From Octopus bimaculoides (lineage: Eukaryota), in assembly GCF_001194135.2 (NCBI RefSeq), contig NC_068999.1:29598147-29649833 (forward strand): DNA of 51,687 bases. Reading direction: 5' to 3'. Each line of letters starts with the position of its first letter. Position 1 is the first letter of the stretch. Below the pieces are notes generated by a model. That model searched no databases. It was not told the origin of the DNA and saw only the letters and a list, made by a program, of their open reading frames with translations. Position numbers and translations under genes: made by a program. This document shows positions 36,865-47,599 of this stretch, in pieces.

Positions 36865-37558
36865 AACAACACAAAGAAATAGAGGATACAGTAGACATGG
36901 CAAATGATTGGTTACAGCTGCAGTAGGTGTAGTTTTACAGCAAACTGTACTTTCAGAGGGACTTAATACCTAAGGTGGTGGATGCTAAGTGATGGAAGGG
37001 TGTGGTTAGGAAGGACAAAATGTTTAGTAGGGTGTAAAAAAATACGTTTCTTGGTGAGAGTGGTTGAACAGTTTGGAGGAAGACTGTGAGGTTCATATAA
37101 GGGAACAGTTATTACAGTGATTGACATGCAAGAAAACAACCTATCATAAGATGACAAATACGCATGGTGTTACAATTATACTGCTAGACTTGTAATTGGA
37201 TAGTTAAATAATTAAAGCTATAAATTAGTAAATGTGATTGGATAATTATAATCAACCTCAGCATCAACATTATCAAAGTGTCACAAGTATGTTGGATTTT
37301 ATAACCACAGTTTTAATAAGTTGCCAAGAAAAAGGAATAATGATAGAAAAAGAATACCTGTTCAGTCAAGAATGAGACAACCTCCAAGAGGTCTGTCAAA
37401 TTTCAAAAGTAGCAGTCAAATTCCCTCAAATCCATACCCTATAGTTTTAAAAGGACACAATAGGCAACGTAATCCTAGATATGTGTAAGAGTGGTGGTCA
37501 CAACTGGAATATCTTTATTTACATTTGATGGATATTTGTTCTCATCTTGTTTGTTGTC

Positions 37559-37604
37559 AACACAACTTTTCGGCTGATATAACCCCCAGCCTTCATCAGG
37601 TGTC
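37559..37604 (-). ncRNA. Hammerhead copy, core intact, C15.2A
   Basis: GACAC-CUGAUGA-A-GGCUG(10)CAGCC-GAAA-AG-UU-GUGUU. Confidence 0.7.
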
Positions 37605-37663
37605 TTGGGGAAATTTCAAACCTGGGTTTTCATTCCTAAGGTATTTTTCTATGTTGTTGTTAA

Positions 37664-37707
<44 letters not shown>

Positions 37708-37824
37708 TCACTGCCTGGAATTGAACTCGGAATCTTGGGGTTAGTAGCCTGCGCTCTTAACCACTACGCTATATGCTCGTGGGCATACTAACCCCAAGAT
37801 CCCAAGTTCGATTCCAGGAAGTGA

Positions 37825-37884
<60 letters not shown>

Positions 37885-37936
37885 CAACCTCGAAAAATAC
37901 CTTAGGAATGAGAACCCAGGTTCGAAATTTTCCCAA

Positions 37937-37982
37937 GACACCTGATGAAGGATGGAGGATATATCATCCGAAACATTGTGTT
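37937..37982 (+). ncRNA. Hammerhead copy, core intact, with compensatory stem II change
   Basis: GACAC-CUGAUGA-A-GGAUG(10)CAUCC-GAAA-CA-UU-GUGUU. Confidence 0.75.
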
Positions 37983-38519
37983 AACAACAAACAAGATGAG
38001 GATAAATATCCATCAAATGTAAATAATGCACATAATTCCTCATCTCTTAAATATAGAACTGTGGAATATCTTTGATCATTAGTCCGATGAATTACAGCTG
38101 ACCAGGGGCTAAACAATAACCAATTTTCTATTTGGTCAGTATATGTCATTAAAGGAATTATAGGGTTAAATTAAGCCCAGGTTAAAGAGTAAGTATGAGA
38201 TTAGCTTAAACTAAAAAATAAACCAACAGAACCTCCCTCTTCTCCCCCACCCCTCACACACTGAGAAACAAAATATTCTAAGTCTAATCCAGTTTGAAGC
38301 TTGCTTAAAAAGAATCTAGATTAGATAAAAAAAAAAAAAAAATTACATTTATCAATTATTTCATACAAGAAAGAATAGAATATTAGTCAAACATTTGATG
38401 TGTTGTAGACACTCATCACCTTCACTTTTAGATGGCTTTCTTCTGGGAAGTTAGCAATGATTCATATGTTATTTATGGAGTGAAAACCGAATAGGATTGT
38501 TATCTACATAACCTAATTA

Positions 38520-38950
38520 GCATAGCAGGTAAATAAGAATGGGGTGGGTGCTATTACTTTTGCTGATAACGGAAGGATTCTCTCAGTGAGTGAAGGAAAA
38601 ATTGTATGATGCATGTTGTATGGAGAAGTGAATAAGGAAGACATGCTTAGTTGGAGAGAAATGAAACAAGCATGCTCCACTAGAAGTGTTATGTTTGTGT
38701 GTATGAACATTGAAATATTGACAAACTGAGAAAAGAACTGGATATAAGAGGTGTCAGCTGCAGTGTACAAAAGAGAGAGAGAGAGGTTACAGCTAAGATA
38801 TAGATATGTGACATGTATTGACGATGACAGTTCAGTTAAAGAAACTTCATGTAAAAGAACCTGTAAGAGAAGAAGACCACTGAAGACACAGAAAGATGTA
38901 GTGAAAACTTATCTCAAGAGGCTGGTTAAAACAGATGACAAAAGATAGCA
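38520..38950 (+). mobile_element. Old RTE RT C-terminal fragment
   Basis: KLRKELDIRGVSCSVQ...LRYRYVTCIDDDSSVK...RRRPLKTQKDVVK resembles the family A C-terminus. Confidence 0.6.
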
Positions 38951-40657
38951 ACAAATGATGAGATACTGTATTGGACAAGATCTAGAGCATTCAAAATTAA
39001 AAATTTCTTCAGTTAGGTCAATGATAGCACCAGAATAATTTTATCTTCAAATCTAATTATAATCAAATTAATCAATCATATATCAGAATATTTCTGAACT
39101 ACAATTCCTACAGAGAACATTTCAACTAGGTTCCACACTTCACCAATCCTCTATACAATCAAAACACTATGTGCTCGCTTGGGTTATTTCTATATCATCA
39201 GGTTACATTTATATTAAATCAATTTATATTAAGTCAATGATACTAATTACGTAGCATACCAGTGAACCAATTGTATATAAGTATACATCTTTAGAATTGC
39301 TCTAAATCCAAAATATTTGCTACAGATAGGTAAATATTCTTCTTGTGTGTGTGTGTACATGAGTGAGTCATTCAAGACCATGGGTGATGCAAACTATTAT
39401 GACAGCTTTTCTATAGTAGAAACAAGATGTTAGTTGGTTACTACTATCTTTGTAAATTCCTCCAGGATGGAATGCTATTTCATTGCAAGAATAATTCCCA
39501 GCTGTTGATGATGGAACTAATTTTCAGTTGAGTGAACAGGAGCAAGATAAATACAAGGACACAATGTGCAGCCCAGTCCAGCAATCAAATGCATGACCAT
39601 GTAATTGTGAGCCCAGCAGCCAAATAACTTGTTCAACAGCCTTCACTATAAAAAATTAATTCATATTCTGTCCTCTATGATGCAGTTCATCTTTCTTTGG
39701 AGTTAATATGTTGTCCATATCAGGGATATTTTCCTATTAGTTATTATCTTACCTCTGAAGAGGCTTGCTCATTCTACTTGAACAAAGCAATAGTATAGTG
39801 ACAAAAGCATTGACTAAGTGTCAAGCTTTAGGTTTGTTGGCTTACCTGATTGGTGCAAGTTCAAGTTGTAGGTCAGTTAATCTATACTCAGGGTTCAAGT
39901 GGAGTGAACATCACAAGTAAGAGAATAACTAATAGGAGAATACTCCTGATACAGAGAAAAGAATAAAACAATCTACCTTATAAGATTGAATAATGGGTTT
40001 GATATGAAATTCCAGGATCAATATAACTGAATATGACAAGTAACTAAAGAAAGGAGGTACAACTGTTGAAATGTTGCAACTATAACAACCAAGGACACTA
40101 GTCCAAATATATCTGTATATAATAAGAATAATTACTCATCCTGTAAAAATTCAGACAAATATTCTTCAGAGTTGCCTGGAACTGAATAGGTGTAGGCATG
40201 ACTGTGTGGATAAGAAGTTCACTTTCAAACTATACAGTCTCAAGGTTGATCCTACTGTGAAGCACCTAGGTTTAGTGTCTTCTAGTGGGTTGACTAAAAC
40301 CTTGAGAGTGAAATTTGTTTGACAGAAAGTGTGTCGAGACCCATCAAAGGTGATTGACCCTATTTTCAGGCCATATCTCCGGTCTGATAAAGCCTTACCT
40401 CCTCTGGGTATATATATGTGTGTGTGCATGTGTGCATACACAAACACACACATATATATTAAAAAAAATTATAAAACATCTAAAAATATACAGCGATGGT
40501 TTGTTACCAATTTAATGTGGCAGTCCCAGGAAAGGGAAGAATGTTACTACTATTTGGCCTCAAGAAACACTGTTTCTAGTTGGTTATGTGACACAAGTGC
40601 TGTGTTCTTAAGTTTTCAAACAGAGGAGATAAGCATCTCCATCCAACAAAACCAGCA

Positions 40658-40700
40658 CCCAGAGACTAGTTTTAGGGTAGATGCTCTTCATCAGTCTGGA
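40658..40700 (-). ncRNA. Type I minimal hammerhead HH-b (G12A, stem II mismatch)
   Basis: UCCAGA-CUGAUGA-AGAG(CAUCUA)CCCU-AAAA-C-UA-GUC-UCUGGG; stem I fully paired. Confidence 0.7.
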
Positions 40701-40967
40701 GTAGCTTGGCTTTGCTAGCTTTGTTCTTTATTATGAGCACATTGGCTCTTACAAAGAAGGGATGAACAAAGACAGACAACACAATACTGTGGGGTACATA
40801 AAACATAAATCGAATGAATATAATGATATAATGAAAAATGAAATGTCTTATCTGCACCCCACATGCAGGTACTGTCATTTAACTGTTTATGTAACACATA
40901 TTCATGAACAGTTCATTGTTCTTCTTTTTTTAAAAGATTATTTTAATTTTACAAATTCCACTTACTT

Positions 40968-42246
40968 TCAATTGACTAAGTACTCCACTATGTCTTCAAA
41001 TGGCACCACTGGTGGTAGTTCATTGCATCGAACCCACAACTCCGATAATAAAATTTGTTCATCAAACAATTCTTTTAATCTTTCTATTTTCTCTCTCTCT
41101 AGCAAAACTGCCCTGTCATCTTCAGTATGCTCCATTCCCGACAATTTCACTCTGATTATGTTTTTCATTTTAGTGATCCGCTTCTCTATTTCTATGCTCT
41201 TTTTATATCCTATCATCATCCTCACATTTTTTCCTTTTGGTACTCCTTCCTGCTTTCTATCTCTATTCTCTCCCGATGTTCCTGTTTTTTGTGTCTTAAC
41301 CATCTCTATCTCACACTTACTCTTTATTGTTGCTTCCTTTCCTTTCTGCATACTTTTTTTGTGGGCTTTTTGGTGGTGAATATGCATTTTCATCTCTTTT
41401 CTTTTTTCTTTTACCAACTAAATATTTTTCTTCTACGTTTTCCATCTCTTCACTTACTTGGCTTTGTGCTACCACTCCTTGTTCCACCTCCTACTCCTGC
41501 AGCTCCTGTTCTACTTCTTGTTTCTGGGGACACCTTGCTTGTATGTGTCTCCGTACTCCACAGTGGTAACAGATGGGAGGTCTTCCTTCCACTACCACTC
41601 TTAATTTAACATCCTCTGGCAACATAATTTCATCTACAATTTTATGCAGGTCCGGCAAACTGATTTGGACTGTCACCTCAAGGCTGTATCCAAACCAGTT
41701 TACCTCTGTTGTCCTCGTTACCTTCAGCACATTGGTCTCCTTCTCTGCGTTGAAGAGGATGGCTGCCACCAGCCATGTTTCATCGATTTCTGGGGGCACT
41801 CTGCCAATCTTAATTCTGGCTGCACGTTTACCACAGTAGGCTGGCAGCAGTGCCCACTCTTCTGGCCTCAATGGCACAGTGGAGTACTTTATTGCATCTT
41901 GTTTGGTTGCAAACTGTATCTCCACTGTGCCGTACTTCTTGCCTCTGGTGTAGTATGTCGTAAGGTGCTTCATATCCTTAAGACACTCCTCCATTGCTTC
42001 AATGGTTGCTATTTCCACCCTTTTGCTTGAGTTTGATAGCATTCTATACACAACAGTATTTTTCGCTGTTTCCTCCATTACGTCTTTTGGCAGTGTTAGC
42101 CTCAGGCTACTTCCTTCCTTAACTATAAGTTCATTCACCTTTTTCAATCTCCTCTCACTGAACTTCACTTCTTTAACTTGCAAAACATCATTATCCCAAC
42201 CCCTTCCTGTTGCTGCATCATAGCTGAAGGCTGGTTGGGTCTCCAT
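40968..42246 (-). pseudogene. Gag/ORF1-like nucleic-acid-binding protein (RRM-like region, CCHC knuckle, charged tail; about 426 codons), disrupted
   Basis: ATG at 42246. RVVVEGRPPICYHCGVRRHIQARC is a CX2CX4HX4C knuckle typical of L1/Tx1-type ORF1p. In-frame TAG at 41491-41493, then KRKKKR...SPPKSP, a probable frameshift near 41310-41350, and an end at TAA 40968. Confidence 0.78.
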
Positions 42247-42264
42247 AACATTGTTGCTTTACAC

Positions 42265-42448
42265 CTGTCACAAATGACAAGAATATTTCCAGAAAATATA
42301 TTCGCAAAAATCACAGTTCACAATAAAAATAAATGAAAATATTTCTACCCCACAGGGCAAAAAATACTGTTTTTCAAAGGACAACAGTTCAATATTTCAT
42401 TTCAAAATAACATAAATTTACAATAAACAGAACAGGAAATGAACTCAC
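42265..42448 (-). other. Candidate 184-nt spliceosomal intron in the element 5'UTR
   Basis: GTGAGT donor at 42448, T-rich body, and TTTGTGACAG/G acceptor ending at 42265, 18 nt before the ATG. Confidence 0.6.
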
Positions 42449-42804
42449 ATACTGCAGGTAACAAACTGAAGACAACAATGTGCCACAGACAAAAAGGCAT
42501 GGCCTTGCTAGCTGTCGGTGCTAGATCACTGTTGAAACTTATAGAATTTCAAGTGAAATAAATTCACTGATCTACGAAATTAGAAATATTGAATTTCTAA
42601 ATCTCTCAAAGAGAGTTATGCAGTAGCAGCATGATAAAGTGATGGTTTGTTGCCAACCTAATTGCGGCAGTTCCAGAAAAGGGAAGAATGCTACTGCTAT
42701 TTAGCCCCAAGAAACACCGTTTCTAGTTGGCTATGTGACAAGCGTTCTGTGTCCTTAAGTTTTCAAACAGGGGAGATAAGCACCTCCACCCAACAAAACC
42801 AACA

Positions 42805-42847
42805 TCCAGAGACTAGTTTCAGGGTAGTTGCCCTTCATCAGTTTGGA
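42805..42847 (-). ncRNA. Type I minimal hammerhead HH-a, catalytic core intact
   Basis: UCCAAA-CUGAUGA-AGGG(CAACUA)CCCU-GAAA-C-UA-GUC-UCUGGA. Palindromic ACUAGU in P3, one stem I mismatch, predicted cut between 42811 and 42810. Confidence 0.82.
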
Positions 42848-43548
42848 GTAGCAGTGTTTCTTGGGGTTAAATAGCAGTAGCATTCTTCCTTTTCCTAGGA
42901 CTGCCACATTAAATTGGCAACAAACCATCACTTTATCATGCTGCTACTGTATAACTCTCTCTGAGAGATTTAGAAATGCAATATTTCTAATCTATAAATA
43001 TGTTTAACAGGAATTTTATAAGCTAAACTGATCTTTGGTCAAACTAGATGTTTAGGATGAATTTCAAGAAAGAATTAAAACTATTTTCAGTAAGGATGTT
43101 TGCGAATGGTTTAGAAAAAAGTATAAACTATACAAATATGTACTGGAATAAGTTGTTAGGAACAGTACTTTACAATGTTGGTGTTGCCCCAGCATGGCTA
43201 CATTCCTGGTGGTATAGTGTTAAATTACACATACACAACAATGCATTTTAAGATCATCATCTACATATAATTGCAGTTACTTATTGATATTAGAATGGCA
43301 AAGGACTGGTTTGATACTAATAAAACACTTGTATAACACTAAATGTACAAGCACACATACATATAACAATTATTAATACATTAGTCAAATGCAGCTGCAT
43401 CAAATAGTGTAAGGGTGGGTTACCAGGAGAGACAGTATTATTCCCCTTGCATTATAATTGAGAAAATAGAGGAAACTATCAAGATATGTAACCACAGAGT
43501 ACATCTTGAAGAATTCATAATGGTAGTAGCAGGGTTAATAATAATAAT

Positions 43549-44456
43549 CCTTTCTACTATAGGCACAAGGCCTGAAATTTTGGGGGAGGGGGCTAGTCAA
43601 TTACATTGACCAAAGTGCTCAACTGGTACTTATATCATCAACCCTGAAAGGATGAAAGGCAAAGTCAATCTTGGGAGAATTTGAACCCAGAATGTAGCAA
43701 TGGGCGAAATACCACTAAGCATTTCATCCAGTGTGCTAACAATTCTGCCAGCTCGTCACCTTCAATGATGATAATAATAATATAGACCCTTTGAGCGGGA
43801 TGGGCTACTCGACCTGAGGAAAATTCTAACTGGGCCCCACCTGCAGGGTCATGCACTGTTTATCTTGATATGAGATCACCATGTTGTGCACATATGGTTG
43901 TGATGCATGTGCCTGGTGTACCCTTATCAGATGGGTAGTCATGATGGGTATACTGGGCTTCATATATCTTACCCAGTGTCACTTTCATGGCATGCACTGC
44001 TCTCTCCCTCAATAATAATTTCAAATTTTTGCCACAAGGGCAGCTTAGGGGAGGTGGGGATGAGTTGATTTCATCGACCTCAGTGTTCAACTGGTACTTA
44101 TCTTATTGACCTTGAAAGGATGAAAGGCAAAGTTGACCTCAGCGAAATTTGAACTCAGAATATAGTGACAGGTGAAATACAGCTAAGCATTTCATTCAGC
44201 ATGCTAACCATTCTGCCAGCTCACTGCCTTCAATAATAATAATTATAATAATGGTTTCAAAGATGTGCACAAGGCCAGCAATTTAAGTCGATTACAACTC
44301 CAGTACTCAACTGTGACTTATTTTATTGACCCTGAATGGATGAAAGGCAAAGTCGATCTCAGCAGAATTTGAACTCAGAATGTAAAGATAGATAGACAGA
44401 AATGCTGCTAAGCATTTTGCCTAGTGTGCTAACGATTCTGCCAGCTCATCGCCTCC

Positions 44457-44501
<45 letters not shown>

Positions 44502-44760
44502 TATAATAATCCTTTCTACTAAAGGCACAAGGCCTGAAATTTGGTGTAAGGGGAGGGGGACTAGCTGATCATATTGACCCTAGTGTTTCACTGGTACTTA
44601 ATTTATCGACCCCAAAAGAATGAAAGGCAAAGACAGCCTTGGTGGAATTTGAACTCAGAATGTAGTGATGAACAAAATATCGCGAAGCATTTTTTTCAGC
44701 ATACTAATGATTCTAATAATAATGGTTTCAAATTCTGGCACAAGGCCAGCAATTCCAAGA
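43549..44760 (-). mobile_element. Head-to-tail stack of Meta-like SINEs (43549-43762, 44020-44230, 44253-44456, 44511-44714, tail 44724-44755) separated by (AAT)n
   Basis: Repeated GAAAGGATGAAAGGCAAAGT...GAATTTGAAC(T/C)CAGAA...GCTAAGCATTT blocks. Confidence 0.88.
43783..44010. repeat. Unassigned GC-richer insert of about 230 bp within (AAT)n
   Basis: Bounded by AAT runs on both sides; no tRNA head or ORF recognised. Confidence 0.45.
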
Positions 44761-44769
44761 TAACCTACA

Positions 44770-46830
44770 TAGACAATGGTGGTGAAGCCCTTCTGAGCCT
44801 CATCAGGTAAACTTGTACTAGACAGTCTGTCTTTCTTTTCTATTATAGCTGTGAGGTATGAAATTAGTGTGGAACCCAGGGCAAGATAACTTCTCTAGAC
44901 GAGGGAAGGCAGACCCCTCTGAGCTTCTTTAAGTAAACCTGTCAAGTGTGGTAGCACGAACAACTGTCTTTTCCAGTAAGGATAAAGTGGGACCCCAAAT
45001 ATCAGGTAAATGTCTAAATGACACAGATTATACCACTTTGTCTATTGTGTGGGCTATCTAGGGACATGTCCCCTAGGGGTGCACCTGGACGGGATTGCAA
45101 AATGGACTTCTGGAGCAAAATTCCAAAATAATAGTCTAAATCGTAATCAGAAACATTCCCCCTCCCCTACAACCAGGAACTGTTGGAACGTCCACTATAA
45201 AATAACACCAGAAACTATAATGTAAAGCAGAAATGGGTAAGACAGGAATATAAGGAAATAATGAAAGCCTTTTACACAACACTGAATAGGCCATAACATA
45301 ATTTCACTAAATATACATATGCTAAATGGAAGAAAATAATAGATGAAAGCACACTTACTTTTACAAAGAAGAAAAAAGAAAAGAAAATGTATATGAGATT
45401 AAAGTGTATGATGCTGTGATGAAAGAAATATTAAAAGAAGGCGAAACTGATTTAACAATCATAAATAACTCACTGGTATACGCTATGGCAAAGGCTTTGA
45501 GCAACCAAAGTGGGCTTAAAGAAAAAGAATAAGCATGTTAACAAACAACTAAAATAGAAAAATCAAAAGACAAAAAGAAAGTAAATATTTGAGCAGAGAA
45601 TTGTTGATACTATAAAACTTAAAAGAAAATACAAAATAACAGATAAATAAAGTCTCCCTACTATCAAAGATACTTTGAAGTAACCAAAGCACAAGTAACT
45701 TTTATTGACAGAACAAAATTTTCTGAATCAGAAGTTTTATACAGAAATAGAGAAACAACTAAGAGAAATAAATGAAGTTAAGGAATTTTGGAAGAACATC
45801 TAGAGTAACTCAAAAGAATATAACGAGGAAGCTAGTTGGATGAACAAGGAAAATGAAAGGATGTGGAGCAACAACAATGGATAGAGATTGGATTAGCAGA
45901 GCTAAAGTAGGCCCTTAGTAAAACACACAAATGGAAGTAATTGCCTAGAATAGACCAAACCTCAGATTATTGGTCAAATACATTTAAAGGAATGCACACA
46001 AGGCACTAGCCAAGGAAATGAGTGCACTGATACAAAATCCTGAGAAAGTTCCTATCTGGTTGATAGAAAGCACAATGCATCTCCTGCCATAAACACCAGA
46101 AACCAAAACATATGAAAAAAAACTCTTGACCTATAACATGCCTTACCATGACTTTTTTGACAATGTTCACCATTGAAAGCCTATGAAATATGCAAGATCT
46201 CTCCAGTAATCTTTAACTTTCTTTTACTTGGTAAATAGAGAGGTTCATCCAAGCTGCTCAAGAACAGCTTATTTACAAGTTCACTTCCAAAAAACCTCCC
46301 CCAAAATGGAACAGACTCAAAATGTAGAAATTGTGACAAACAATTCTAGACAATAGATTTAGTTTCAGGATACCTTAGCTCCTGGTAAATGTTGGTGGGG
46401 AATATGTTAAAAACTGGTATGAACACCATCTCCCACCAGTAACTGAAATAAAAGATGCAACAATTTTATGGGATTTTACAGTGTATATAGACTACACAAT
46501 AAATGCCAATCAGCCTAATTTTGTTGTTAAAGCTATGAAAAAAAATAAAACATGCCTCTTCATTGACATGATTATACCACCTGACAAAAATGAATCATCT
46601 AAACTTGTGAAGAACAAAATCCTAAAAATCGAGATTAGCTGAATATGGTAATTGAAGACACAAAGAATTGTAATTGGTACACTTAGTATTATAAACAAAG
46701 GTGAAAATTAGTTTCTTGAAAACAGCCTGGTAAACCTAACATTTATGAAATTCAAAACAATCATCCTCAAAAGCACAGTTCACATTTTTTTTTTTTTAAT
46801 AAAATCTTATCTTTGAAATACTGAGTTTCC
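44770..46830 (+). mobile_element. R4/Dong-like RLE non-LTR retrotransposon, internally deleted and decayed
   Basis: N-terminal KQKWVRQEYKEIMKAFYT; RT start (THKWK, QNPEKVPIWLIE, PITCL); RLE region WYEHHLPPVTE...ILWDF...NQPNFVVK...CLFIDM. Confidence 0.75.
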
Positions 46831-46889
46831 TTTCTTTTATATCATTTTATTGCTACAGTGTGCTGCGAAATGCCACTATTACATGATAC

Positions 46890-47348
46890 TACTTTTCCTA
46901 GATATCTGGTTGACACTCATCGGGGATTGTTAAATGAAACAATATTAAGAGAAAGTGATGATAATAGCCCAAATATTGTTGTTGGTAACCACCAAGAAAA
47001 AACTTGCCTTCTAATCGACATATCAACTGCAACTGATGACGATATGTCTCTAAACGAAATGGAGAAACTCTCAAAGTACAAAGATCTGGAAATATAGATA
47101 ACCTGATTGTGGGGCGTGAAGACATAAATAATCCATATAATAATCGGAACATAAGGCATGGTTAAAAAAAACAGACAGAGAAATACATAAGCAAAACACC
47201 AGGACTTACAAATGTATATAACCACAAAACAGCACTGCACACATTTTATGTAAAACACTTTAAATACAATAAAAATAACACTAAAACAAACCACAACACA
47301 TACCCAAGGCACACAGAGCTACACTTGGTCATGTAATAAAACTTCTGA
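46890..47348 (+). mobile_element. R4/Dong-like 3' fragment (RLE and 3'UTR) ending at (AAT)n
   Basis: SPNIVVGNHQEKTCLLIDIS...EKLSKYKDLEI; 3'UTR similar to 48980-49060. Confidence 0.8.
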
Positions 47349-47389
<41 letters not shown>

Positions 47390-47392
47390 CAT

Positions 47393-47599
47393 CCTTTCTA
47401 CTAAAGGCACGGGGCCTGAAATTTTTGGAGAAGGGACCAGTCAATTAGATCGACCCTAGTACGCAACTGGTACTTAATTTACCGACCCTGAAAGGATGAA
47501 AGGCAAAGTTGACCTCGGTGGAATTTGAACTCAGAATATAGTGACAGGTGAAAAACCGCTAAGCGTTTCATCCAGCGTGCTAGCGATTCTGTCAGCTCA
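47393..47599 (-). mobile_element. Meta-like SINE
   Basis: Same family as 43549-43762, adjacent to (AAT)n. Confidence 0.85.

Larger units (their letters stand above)
37517..38061. mobile_element. PLE insertion 3: non-coding divergent pLTR pair
   Basis: Minus pLTR at 37517-37785 and plus pLTR at about 37786-38061, with no ORF. 12-bp TSD TGGAATATCTTT at 37505-37516 and 38062-38073. Confidence 0.88.
40490..42991 (-). mobile_element. Hammerhead-bounded, RT-less element with a gag/ORF1-like cargo (PLE-type architecture)
   Basis: Direct repeats 40493-40705 and 42639-42852, each with a hammerhead. Inverted repeat 42853-42991 versus 42579-42718. TSD ATCTA(A/T)AAATAT (11/12) at 40478-40489 and 42990-43001. 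Single internal ORF. Confidence 0.82.

Noticed and set aside
39745-39850. Two GTAAG donor-like sites on the minus strand as upstream WTAP exons
   Set aside because: The adjacent frames do not encode the expected ...AWKFTPD sequence or any WTAP-like peptide.
40762-41609. Plus-strand ORFs of 205 and 160 aa
   Set aside because: They are hydrophobic antisense shadows of the K/E-rich minus-strand ORF.
44780-44816. CTGATGA on the minus strand as another hammerhead
   Set aside because: No stem II closure and no GAAA downstream.
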